A stretch of DNA of 64,000 bases from a virus (lineage: Duplodnaviria; Caudoviricetes): IMG/VR virus record IMGVR_UViG_3300020187_001966; one strand, written 5' to 3'. The position numbers were made by a program, and so were the translations under genes. The notes beneath the pieces were generated by a model, which did not search any database, had not been told where the DNA came from, and saw only the letters and a program-made list of their open reading frames with translations. Shown in pieces: positions 17,052 to 25,619 of the stretch (positions are counted from its first letter, which is position 1; each line of letters begins with the position of its first letter).

Positions 17052-18671
17052 ATGGGTACTAAGAATTTAAATAGTGCAACAGACTTAATAACATTCACCA
17101 GAGCATCAGGTGGTACAGCTTTAAGAAAAATTAGCTACGGTAACGAGTTAGTTACTAATGGTGACTTTTCGAGTGGCACGACAGGTTGGGTAGATGGGAC
17201 AAACTGGTCAGGGGCTTTAGATGCTTCATCTGGCAAGCTGTTGATTACCAGTGACTCTAGTAATGGCTACGGTTGCGCCATTCAAGGTGTCCCACTTGTT
17301 GTAGGCAAGGCGTATAGATTAACAGGCTCCCGTAGGGCGGTCTCTGGTGGCAATCCAGCTATAGGTGTATCAAATTCGGCGGGTGCTGTGCAAGTGGTAT
17401 TACTGAGTGGATCAGCCTCAACAGTAACTAATTATTTTTCTGTGACATTTGTGGCCTCGTCTACTTTTAGCCTATGCTTATTTAATCAATCCCCAACAAA
17501 CGGCAATTCTTCTGAGTTCGACAATATCTCAGTCAAAGAAGTCCTCTTCGACCAAGCTGATGGCACACTCCAACTTTTTAACCATGGTAACAACGTACCT
17601 CGGATTGAGTACGATGCTACTGGTGCAGTCAAAGGCTTACTGATTGAAGAAGCTAGGACTAACCTATACCTTAACAGTTCAGATACTAGCACTAACAGTT
17701 CATTTGGTATTACAAAAACTTCAGACTCTGCGGTTAGCCCTGACGGTACAACAACTGCTGATTTGATAACCCCGGATACATCATATCCTAGACATTTATT
17801 TCAGTATTCTAGCTCCTACAGTGCAGGTGATGGTAGCAAGGAGACTTATAGTTTCTATGCAAAATCCAATGGCTATAACCTCATTGAAGTATCTCAGAGA
17901 AATCAAAATGGTGGCACAATAACTAAGTTTGATTTAAGTGCTGTAACTGCAACGACAACTGGTGGTACTGAAATATTAAAGTCTATAGAGGATGTGGGTA
18001 ATGGTTGGTACAGATGTTCTGCGGCTTACATAACGTCTAGTGTAAGACCATACCCTGCTATTGAGTTTCTCGATACAGATGGTTCTCAAGGATTTGTACC
18101 TGATGGAACTTCAGGTATCTACTTTTGGGGGCATCAACTAGAAGCTGGCGGCTTCCCTTCGTCCTACATCCCAACATCAGGTAGCACAGCTACTAGGGCG
18201 GCAGATATTGCTACTATTCCTACGAGTGCCTTTGGGTATAACCAGAAGGTTGGTAGTGTTGTTGTGGAGTTTAATAGTAATAAACCTAATAACGAGCAGT
18301 ATGGTGCTTTCGGGTTAAGTGATGGTAGTCCTACAAACCGAATAGCTTACTACGCAACGTCTGTTAACACGTTAGTTGTTACAACTGCTGGTGTCGGACA
18401 GGTAGAACTAAACGCGGGTTTAAGAGTTACAACCTCTGAACTTGTTAAGTTTTCTGCTGGATATGCCGAGAATGACTTTGCCGCTTCTCTCAATGGCGCA
18501 ACAACGGTCACTGATACATCAGGAACGGTTCCTTCTGGAATATCTTCGTTAGGGATAGGTCACTATTACCCCCCTAACCCAAGTTCTAACCTGATAAACG
18601 GTCACATCAAATCAATCAAATACTACCCTCGCAGACTAACTAATGCACAATTACAGGAGCTAACAACATGA
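17052..18671 (+). CDS. Second fibre protein with ConA/CBM-like domains
   Basis: ITFTRASG, ELVTNGDF, GLLIEEARTNL, PSSYIPTSGSTATRAAD, YYPRRLTNAQLQELT; start at ATG 17052 behind GGAG. Confidence 0.72.
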   Translation: MGTKNLNSATDLITFTRASGGTALRKISYGNELVTNGDFSSGTTGWVDGTNWSGALDASSGKLLITSDSSNGYGCAIQGVPLVVGKAYRLTGSRRAVSGGNPAIGVSNSAGAVQVVLLSGSASTVTNYFSVTFVASSTFSLCLFNQSPTNGNSSEFDNISVKEVLFDQADGTLQLFNHGNNVPRIEYDATGAVKGLLIEEARTNLYLNSSDTSTNSSFGITKTSDSAVSPDGTTTADLITPDTSYPRHLFQYSSSYSAGDGSKETYSFYAKSNGYNLIEVSQRNQNGGTITKFDLSAVTATTTGGTEILKSIEDVGNGWYRCSAAYITSSVRPYPAIEFLDTDGSQGFVPDGTSGIYFWGHQLEAGGFPSSYIPTSGSTATRAADIATIPTSAFGYNQKVGSVVVEFNSNKPNNEQYGAFGLSDGSPTNRIAYYATSVNTLVVTTAGVGQVELNAGLRVTTSELVKFSAGYAENDFAASLNGATTVTDTSGTVPSGISSLGIGHYYPPNPSSNLINGHIKSIKYYPRRLTNAQLQELTT

Positions 18672-19057
18672 GCGAAGAATTAGAAACAATAAAGATTGAC
18701 TTTTATTTAAAGTTAACAAACGAAGCCGCAATGACTACAGTATTATCAGACTTCTATACACAAGACACTGAAACTACAGTAAACGAGGATACAGGCGAGG
18801 AGACCACTACAAACGTAGGTGATCCTTACTTAGTACCTAACACATCTAACTATGCTATTGATGTTGTGGGAACACTAAGTGAACCTACAGGCAATACACT
18901 GACAGATGATAATGACATGGAGTATCCTGAGATGCAAGCCTTAGATGGTTGGCATGTGAATATCCGTTTAATAGGTGATGAAGTTAGAGCAGCAGTAGAA
19001 GCACTGGATGAAACACACGGTGTTACTCCAAGTGTACCACAAAGAATTTGGTTATAA
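18668..19057 (+). CDS. Acidic fibre-associated protein (assembly chaperone-like)
   Basis: DFYLKL...IDVVGTL...GWHVNIR pattern; directly follows the fibre genes. Confidence 0.55.
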   Translation: MSEELETIKIDFYLKLTNEAAMTTVLSDFYTQDTETTVNEDTGEETTTNVGDPYLVPNTSNYAIDVVGTLSEPTGNTLTDDNDMEYPEMQALDGWHVNIRLIGDEVRAAVEALDETHGVTPSVPQRIWL

Positions 19058-19060
19058 ATA
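19053..19060 (+). promoter_or_regulatory. T4-type late promoter
   Basis: TATAAATA overlapping the preceding stop codon. Confidence 0.65.
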
Positions 19061-19114
19061 GAGTAAAGACATAAAAGCCAGATCGGCCTTACGCTACTTA
19101 AAAAAGGAAACAAT

Positions 19115-19288
19115 GTGCATACAAAAACTTGTACAAAATGTGGACATGCGTGTCATTGTGACAAAGTAAACTGTCCCGAGTGTATTAATGACGTATGTGG
19201 ACACTGTAATTGTGAATCTAAAATTTTAGCTGAACATGAATCGAAAATATGGCCATGGCAGGATAGTGGCGTCGAACAAATGCTATGA
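19115..19288 (+). CDS. Cys/His-rich metallothionein-like peptide, 57 aa (not in ORF track)
   Basis: GTG start, SD AAGGA 6 nt upstream, TGA overlaps next ATG; MHTKTCTKCGHACHCDKVNCPECINDVCGHCNCESKILAEHESKIWPWQDSGVEQML. Confidence 0.75.
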   Translation: MHTKTCTKCGHACHCDKVNCPECINDVCGHCNCESKILAEHESKIWPWQDSGVEQML

Positions 19289-19884
19289 ATCTTTGTACAG
19301 AAGAAATAGCATGGGCAACAACTGCTCCTGAAGACTTATGGATATTCGATAAACTTATACTAGCAAGACGTCTTGGTTATACGTGTGGGCCAGTAGGGAC
19401 TAGAGTTTCACAATCGGATTACTATATTGTAAGACCTTGTGTAAACGCTATAGGACTTGGGCTAGGTGCGCAAAAGCAATATATTAAAGAGTTTACAGAT
19501 CATCTAACACCTGGACATTTTTGGTGTGAAATATTTGAAGGTGATCATATTAGTGTAGATTATCTCAATGGGGAGCAAGTACTAGCAGTACAAGGACATA
19601 AAAATCCAGCCACCTATACACAATGGGATCGTTGGGTAAAAGTAGATGTTCAAATACCATTACCTAGTTGCTTAGATAATATTAAAAATAAATACAGTAA
19701 GATAAACGCAGAGTACATAGGCGGGAATCTAATAGAAATACATCTAAGACATAATCCAGATTTCCCTGAAGGTCAATACGAGTACATACCTGTATGGCAG
19801 GGACAAGACCAAAAACCCCCAGATGGATACAAATATGTAGTAGATCCGGATATTCATGGACGCACAGGAGCGTTTGTAAAATAA
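19285..19884 (+). CDS. ATP-grasp-like protein
   Basis: YIVRPCVN, WCEIFEGDHISVDY and NAEYIGGNLIEIHLR resemble the ATP-grasp KP / QE..G.E / E.N.R elements. Confidence 0.55.
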   Translation: MNLCTEEIAWATTAPEDLWIFDKLILARRLGYTCGPVGTRVSQSDYYIVRPCVNAIGLGLGAQKQYIKEFTDHLTPGHFWCEIFEGDHISVDYLNGEQVLAVQGHKNPATYTQWDRWVKVDVQIPLPSCLDNIKNKYSKINAEYIGGNLIEIHLRHNPDFPEGQYEYIPVWQGQDQKPPDGYKYVVDPDIHGRTGAFVK

Positions 19885-19887
19885 ATA
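19881..19887 (+). promoter_or_regulatory. T4-type late promoter for the lysis genes
   Basis: ATAAATA, SD AAGGA, ATG 19915. Confidence 0.55.
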
Positions 19888-19914
19888 CACATACATAAAA
19901 CAAGGATTTGTAAA

Positions 19915-20763
19915 ATGGCAGTAGAAGATTTTGAATTTGAATTCACAGAAGACATGGTTATTGAGATGCTTCGTGGCAATGACGAAGCTGAAGATTGGTA
20001 TGACGCAATGTGTGAAATCCTTCCTCTATGGGAAGTAGATACACCAGCACGAGTAGCAATGTTTATCGCACAGTGCGGACATGAAAGTAATAACTTTAGA
20101 GTGTTGAGTGAGAACCTCAACTATAGCGCCAAAGCACTAGATGCTATTTTTGGCAAGTATTTTAAGAGAGCAGGTAGAGATGCGGAACCTTATCACAGAA
20201 AGCCTAGAAAAATTGCGAATGTTATTTACGCAAATAGAATGGACAACGGCGATACCGATTCCGGAGATGGTTGGAGATTCAGGGGCGGTGGCATTCTACA
20301 ACTTACAGGCAGATACAATTATACAAAATTCGGAGAAGACGTCGATATGTCACCAGAAGCGGCAGTCGAGTACGTCAGAACAAAAAAAGGCGCCTTAGAC
20401 TCAGCATGTTGGTTCTGGGACACAAACGGCCTAAACAAGTATTGTGACAGTCGTGATGTTAAAGGTGCTACTAAACGTATTAACGGCGGCTACATTGGAC
20501 TAGAAGATCGTAAGAAGCATTATGAACATGCTATGGAAGTTCTAGGCGGACACTGGGAACCAGCACAAATGGTATACGAAACTATTCGTGTAGGCTCACG
20601 TGGACCAACAGTACGTGCTGTACAAGAAGAATTAGAAATCGGGGCTGATGGTGTTTTTGGTAGAGGTACTGAAGCACACATTAAGCACTGGCAAGAAGAG
20701 AACGGACTTACGCCAGACGGTGTTATGGGGCCTGTTAGTTTAGCAATGATGTTTGGAGAATAG
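19915..20763 (+). CDS. Endolysin: GH19 chitinase/lysozyme-like domain plus C-terminal peptidoglycan-binding domain
   Basis: MFIAQCGHES, ENLNYS, GWRFRGGGILQLTGRYNY, TKRINGG; ADGVFGRGTE...WQ..NGLTPDGVMGP. Confidence 0.9.
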   Translation: MAVEDFEFEFTEDMVIEMLRGNDEAEDWYDAMCEILPLWEVDTPARVAMFIAQCGHESNNFRVLSENLNYSAKALDAIFGKYFKRAGRDAEPYHRKPRKIANVIYANRMDNGDTDSGDGWRFRGGGILQLTGRYNYTKFGEDVDMSPEAAVEYVRTKKGALDSACWFWDTNGLNKYCDSRDVKGATKRINGGYIGLEDRKKHYEHAMEVLGGHWEPAQMVYETIRVGSRGPTVRAVQEELEIGADGVFGRGTEAHIKHWQEENGLTPDGVMGPVSLAMMFGE

Positions 20764-20764
20764 T

Positions 20765-20959
20765 ATGTCGCAAGAAGTAGACGATAAAGGTAAAATGGAA
20801 ATACAACTACGTGTATTAGGTAACGAATTAGTTGCTATAAAGATGTCAGTTGATGATTTTAAAATGAAATGGTTACTAATTGGAGTAATTAGTATTGTAG
20901 CATTAGGATGGGCGGCGGGCAGCTTTGGTCCAGAACTAGTAAACATGTTTGGAGAGTAA
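20765..20959 (+). CDS. Small single-TM protein
   Basis: C-terminal hydrophobic helix; start at ATG 20765. Confidence 0.6.
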   Translation: MSQEVDDKGKMEIQLRVLGNELVAIKMSVDDFKMKWLLIGVISIVALGWAAGSFGPELVNMFGE

Positions 20960-21054
20960 CATGGACATAGCTCATTATTTAAAAGTATACAAAAAGCATG
21001 AAGCAGAACATACTAGTACTAATGAGCGCAACAACTATTGGAGGAGATATAACG

Positions 21055-21207
21055 ATGAGTTGGTTAAAGAACAGACTAAAAGAGAGAACGACACTTGATG
21101 GTGTTGTACTAGTAGCTTCAGGTGTAGCAATGATATTGGTACCTGTAAACTTAATTGCGTATGCTATGATTGCGTATGGCGGTTGGACTATTTGGAAATC
21201 TGAATAG
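21055..21207 (+). CDS. Small 2-TM protein, holin candidate
   Basis: SD GGAGGAG; MSWLKNRLKERTTLDG followed by hydrophobic segments. Confidence 0.6.
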   Translation: MSWLKNRLKERTTLDGVVLVASGVAMILVPVNLIAYAMIAYGGWTIWKSE

Positions 21208-21208
21208 T

Positions 21209-21484
21209 ATGTGGGATATGATAAGCGACATGGCTACCAATAGACTGTGGATATACACAAGTATTGGTGGTAGTATTATAGGTGCAGTTAGTTTAGCATA
21301 CTTGAGCACTACTAGAGCTGGGCTTTGGTTTTATTCCAAAGTAGATAACAGCATGGACTTCCTTGTAGAACGTTATGGATGGACTTGGTTAGAACAACCA
21401 GAAGACGCATGGCGTAAAAAGTATCCAAAAATAACAGCAAAGATAGATGCAATAGAAGCAAGACTAAAAGAGTTGGAAAAATAA
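21209..21484 (+). CDS. Membrane protein with C-terminal coiled coil
   Basis: N-terminal TM; KIDAIEARLKELEK. Confidence 0.6.
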   Translation: MWDMISDMATNRLWIYTSIGGSIIGAVSLAYLSTTRAGLWFYSKVDNSMDFLVERYGWTWLEQPEDAWRKKYPKITAKIDAIEARLKELEK

Positions 21485-21684
21485 TGTACAGTAAACAATG
21501 TAAGGCCCACTTAGATAAAGTAGGCGAAACTGGACTACAACACATGGGACATGCCTTAAAAGCCGCTGTTAAATTACAGCTCTTGGTGCCAGCACTGATT
21601 ATTCACAGTATTGCTCCAAGATGCTTTACTCATACCGCAAGTAATGTTATGAATGATATACTAAACACTCGTAAAAAGACTTGA
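21484..21684 (+). CDS. Small protein, DUF6356-like
   Basis: HL...GET...H...A...IIHSIAP..F pattern. Confidence 0.55.
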   Translation: MYSKQCKAHLDKVGETGLQHMGHALKAAVKLQLLVPALIIHSIAPRCFTHTASNVMNDILNTRKKT

Positions 21685-21709
21685 CAACCTAGCAAATCTA
21701 ACATATAGT
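21681..21709 (+). promoter_or_regulatory. sigma70-type early promoter of the replication operon
   Basis: TTGACA-17-TATAGT. Confidence 0.85.
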
Positions 21710-21732
21710 AGTAGGATAACAAGCTAAAGGAG

Positions 21733-21996
21733 ATGAATATGTCACGAGCATTTAGTGATAGTGAGATTAACAAACTTAAACAAATTATTAACGAAGGTAT
21801 CCAAGTAACATCAGAAGTGGAAACACTTAAAGGTGGACTGAAAGATACAGTAAGCGCAGTTGCTGAAGAGCTAGATATGAAGCCAGCAACTATTAACAAA
21901 GCAATACGTATTGCTTATAAACAAGAGTTCGCAAAAGTATCAGACGATTTCAGCGAATTAGAAGAATTATTGGCGGCTGTCGGCAAAGGACATTAA
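21733..21996 (+). CDS. T4 DsbA-like dsDNA-binding protein
   Basis: Helical ~87 aa, LKDTV..VAEELDMKPATINKAIRIAYK; heads the replication operon. Confidence 0.65.
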   Translation: MNMSRAFSDSEINKLKQIINEGIQVTSEVETLKGGLKDTVSAVAEELDMKPATINKAIRIAYKQEFAKVSDDFSELEELLAAVGKGH

Positions 21997-21997
21997 T

Positions 21998-22696
21998 GTG
22001 CTAGACTTAAAAGTTATTGAAGTCCAACACTATACAGATAAACTTTTTAGAATTAGAACAGAGCGACCTCGCAGTTATAGATTTACTGCGGGGGAGTTCG
22101 TTATGATTGGTTTAGAGGATGCTCCAAGTAGAGCGTATAGTATTACCAGTGGTCCATATGACGACTACATAGAATTTTACAGTATTAAAGTACAAGACGG
22201 ACCGCTTACTAGTAAACTACAACACATTGTAGTAGGCGATACTATTCTTGTAGGTGAGAAGCCAACAGGTACACTTATACTTGCTAACTTAGAACTAGGC
22301 GGACATCTAGTAATGATGGCAAGTGGTACTGGTATTGCTCCGTTTATTAGTTTACTACGTGAACCAGAAACATATGATCTATTTGAGAACATTACAGTAA
22401 CATGGACTACTAGGCTACATGCTGAACAGGACTGTTACCGAGACTTCTTGAATGAGATGCCCATTGAATACATCAGCACAGTTACACAAGAGCCTGCTGA
22501 ACTACAAGGACGTATTCAAGTGTTCATGGCAGACGGTACTGTAAAGATTGACAACCCCGCAGAACAGCGTATAATGTTATGTGGAAGTGTAGCATTTAAC
22601 AATGATTTAAAAGAACACTTTAACAGCCTCGGATTTAACGAAGGCAACAAACGTACACAAGGAACGTTTGTACAAGAAAGGGCATTTGTCGGCTAA
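21998..22696 (+). CDS. fpr: Ferredoxin/flavodoxin-NADP+ reductase
   Basis: RFTAGEFVMIGL, RAYSITS, GPLTSKLQ, GTGIAPF, QGRI, MLCGS, ERAF. Confidence 0.9.
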   Translation: MLDLKVIEVQHYTDKLFRIRTERPRSYRFTAGEFVMIGLEDAPSRAYSITSGPYDDYIEFYSIKVQDGPLTSKLQHIVVGDTILVGEKPTGTLILANLELGGHLVMMASGTGIAPFISLLREPETYDLFENITVTWTTRLHAEQDCYRDFLNEMPIEYISTVTQEPAELQGRIQVFMADGTVKIDNPAEQRIMLCGSVAFNNDLKEHFNSLGFNEGNKRTQGTFVQERAFVG

Positions 22697-25380
22697 TGTA
22701 TGTAGACGCTTACTTCGATCAAAACAAAGATATTATCCACGTTACTGAACGTGATGAAAAAGGGCGGCGGGTATTCCGTGAGTATCCTGCTAGCTATGGC
22801 TTTTATTACAAGGATCAGCGTGGAAAGTACGACAGTATCTTTGGCGATAAACTATCACGTTATGCTACAACTAATGGCAGAGCGTTTAAAAAAGAAAAGA
22901 AGATGTATGGCGGACAAAAACTTTTTGAAAGTGATGTTAACCGCACGTTTAAGTGTTTAGCAGACAACTACTTGGGTAAAGATACTCCTAACTTAAACTT
23001 AGCCTTTTTTGATATTGAGGTTGACTTTGATAAAGACGTAGGATTTGCTCCGCCTGAAGATCCGTTTAACGCTATTACAGCAATCGCAGTTCATCTTAGT
23101 TGGCTTAAAACTACAGTATGTTTAGTGTGTAAACCAGACACACTTAGCCGTGAAGATGCAGCAGAGATATGTAGTCGCTTTCCAGACACTATGTTAATGG
23201 ATACAGAGGAAGAACTACTAAAAACTTTCCTTGAATTAATTGATGATGCGGATGTAATGAGTGGATGGAACAGCGAAGGCTTCGACATTCCATACACAGT
23301 AAACCGTATTTCTAGAACAATTGGTAAAGAGTATACTAAAAAGTTTTGCTTGTGGGATCAATATCCTAAACGCAGAGAGTTTGAGCGTTATGGAAAGTCA
23401 CAAGAGACGTTTGATACTATTGGACGTTTGCACTTAGACTATTTGCAACTGTATCAAAAATACACATATCACGAAATGCACAGCTACAGTTTGGATGCTA
23501 TTGCAGAGTATGAACTAGGCGAAAAGAAAGTTGAATACAAAGGCACACTTGACCAGTTATACAACAACGACTTCTATACGTTTATTGACTACAACAGACA
23601 AGACGTTGAGCTACTAGTTAAACTAGATGCCAAGCTACAGTTTATTGACTTAGCAAATGTTATTGCGCACGATAATACAGTTCTTATTCAGACAACAATG
23701 GGTGCTGTTGCGGTTACTGACCAAGCTATTATTAATGAAGCACATCATCGTGGACTAATTGTTCCTGACAAAGTACGTGATAAAGTACAAAAGCATTATC
23801 CACAATCAACACAAGCCGCAGGTGCGTATGTTGCTACTCCTGTACGTGGTAGGCACGAGTGGATTGGCAGTATGGACTTAAACAGTCTGTATCCTAGTAT
23901 CCTACGTAGCCTTAACTTGAGTACAGAAACTATTGTAGGGCAGGTTAGACACACATTAACTGTGCCACTACTACAGGAATATAAATGGGAAGCCGCAAGA
24001 GCGTGGGAGGGCAAGTTTGCTTGTCCAGAGTATGAGCTTGTAATGGCAAAGGATACTGAAACGCAACTGTGGATTGACTTTGAAAACGGCGAAGAGCTAA
24101 TGGCAACTGGTGCTGAAATATATAGCATTGTCTTTGAAAGCGATCAGCCTTGGGTTATTAGTAGTAATGCTACTATTATTAGACAAGACAAAAAAGGTAT
24201 TATTCCTGGATTGCTAGAGCGTTGGTATGCTGAACGTAAAGTTATGCAGAAAGAAGCTAGAGCTGTACAAGGTAAAGATGATGCCAAGTTTGGATACTGG
24301 GACAAGCGACAACTAGTTAAAAAGATTAACTTGAACAGTTTGTATGGTGCGTTACTTAATCAAGGATCACGTTTTAATGATCCACGCATGGGACAATCAA
24401 CAACATTAACAGGACGTACTATTGCTAGACATATGGGTGCTAGTGTTAATGAACTGTTTACTGGAGAATACAATCACGTAGGCGATACAATTGTGTATGG
24501 CGACACGGATAGTATCTACTTTAGTGCGTACCCTATCTTTAAAGACAAGATTGAAAGCGGAGAGTTTGAGTGGAATAAAGACAAGGTTACTGAACTTTAT
24601 GACACTGTATGCGATCAAGCAAACACAACGTTTCCTGGATATATGGCACAAGCACATAATGTACTTGACCAAAAGCAAGGTGAGATTATTGCCGCCGCTC
24701 GTGAAATGGTTGCCTTGTCTGGTATCTTTATTAAAAAGAAGCGTTATGCTATCCTAGTATATGATAACGAAGGCTATAGAGAAGACAAAGACGACAAGCC
24801 AGGTAAGATTAAAGCAATGGGCTTGGACTTAAAGCGTAGTGACACACCAGCATTTATGCAAGACTTTCTCAGTGAACTACTGCTTAAAACGCTAACAGGT
24901 ACAACTGATGATGATTTGATTGCTCGCATTATTGAGTTCCGTCAAGAGTTTAGACAAAAAGATCCGTGGGAGATTGGCACACCAAAGCGTGTTAACAAGC
25001 TAACACATTATACAGGGTTAGAATGGGATAAGAAAGGCGTGTACACTGGTAAAGCAAACATGCCTGGACACGTAAGAGCCGCAATCAACTACAATAGACT
25101 CAAGGGTATTAACAACGATAAATACAGTCCAGACATTGTTGATGGTATGAAAACTATTGTCTGTAAACTGAAACCGAATCCAATGGGATTCACTAGCATA
25201 GGATATCCTACAGATTCAATAATCCCTCCAGACTGGTTCAAAGAACTACCGTTTGATGTAGATCTTATGGAGGAAACAATCATTACTAAAAAGATTGATA
25301 ACTTACTTGGTGTACTACCAATTGACTTATCAAAAGCAGAGGACAAGACTACATTTGAGAGTCTGTTTGATTTTGGATGA
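22696..25380 (+). CDS. Family B DNA polymerase (T4 gp43-like)
   Basis: Exo motifs DIE, GWNSEGFDIPY, YNRQD; Pol motifs DLNSLYPS, KINLNSLYG, YGDTDS. Confidence 0.96.
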   Translation: MYVDAYFDQNKDIIHVTERDEKGRRVFREYPASYGFYYKDQRGKYDSIFGDKLSRYATTNGRAFKKEKKMYGGQKLFESDVNRTFKCLADNYLGKDTPNLNLAFFDIEVDFDKDVGFAPPEDPFNAITAIAVHLSWLKTTVCLVCKPDTLSREDAAEICSRFPDTMLMDTEEELLKTFLELIDDADVMSGWNSEGFDIPYTVNRISRTIGKEYTKKFCLWDQYPKRREFERYGKSQETFDTIGRLHLDYLQLYQKYTYHEMHSYSLDAIAEYELGEKKVEYKGTLDQLYNNDFYTFIDYNRQDVELLVKLDAKLQFIDLANVIAHDNTVLIQTTMGAVAVTDQAIINEAHHRGLIVPDKVRDKVQKHYPQSTQAAGAYVATPVRGRHEWIGSMDLNSLYPSILRSLNLSTETIVGQVRHTLTVPLLQEYKWEAARAWEGKFACPEYELVMAKDTETQLWIDFENGEELMATGAEIYSIVFESDQPWVISSNATIIRQDKKGIIPGLLERWYAERKVMQKEARAVQGKDDAKFGYWDKRQLVKKINLNSLYGALLNQGSRFNDPRMGQSTTLTGRTIARHMGASVNELFTGEYNHVGDTIVYGDTDSIYFSAYPIFKDKIESGEFEWNKDKVTELYDTVCDQANTTFPGYMAQAHNVLDQKQGEIIAAAREMVALSGIFIKKKRYAILVYDNEGYREDKDDKPGKIKAMGLDLKRSDTPAFMQDFLSELLLKTLTGTTDDDLIARIIEFRQEFRQKDPWEIGTPKRVNKLTHYTGLEWDKKGVYTGKANMPGHVRAAINYNRLKGINNDKYSPDIVDGMKTIVCKLKPNPMGFTSIGYPTDSIIPPDWFKELPFDVDLMEETIITKKIDNLLGVLPIDLSKAEDKTTFESLFDFG

Positions 25381-25619
25381 AAACAAGTTTAGATTTACAT
25401 GGAAAACATATACATGAAGCGTGGAAAAGTGTTGACAGATTCATAGGTGAGTGTTATTATAGTAATATTAAACGTTGTGAAATCATATGTGGCCAAGGCT
25501 TAATTCGTAATGAAATAGAAACTTGGTTAAATCTAAATATACATGTGCGAGAATATAGATTTAATGTCCGCACACAAGGCAGTTATAACGTAATACTAAA
25601 GAAAAGGAAAACAGTATGA
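25377..25619 (+). CDS. Stand-alone Smr (MutS2 C-terminal) domain protein
   Basis: SLDLHG...EA...F...IICGQG...G...V.L pattern. Confidence 0.75.
   Translation: MKTSLDLHGKHIHEAWKSVDRFIGECYYSNIKRCEIICGQGLIRNEIETWLNLNIHVREYRFNVRTQGSYNVILKKRKTV

Noticed and set aside
17030-17060. Programmed frameshift fusing the two fibre genes (PSLQLTFD...|ITFTRAS looks like one split repeat)
   Set aside because: No slippery heptamer is seen, and gene 2 has its own SD (GGAG) and ATG at 17052.
19061-19114. Riboswitch in the leader of the Cys-rich peptide (ends ...GCTACTTAAAAAAGG, reminiscent of SAM-II/V tails)
   Set aside because: The conserved core and pseudoknot pairings could not be found; only a 3-bp hairpin is present.
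22696-25380. Intein or intron in the DNA polymerase, thyA or metK
   Set aside because: Lengths and motif spacing are normal, with no C/S...HN splice motifs or frame breaks.
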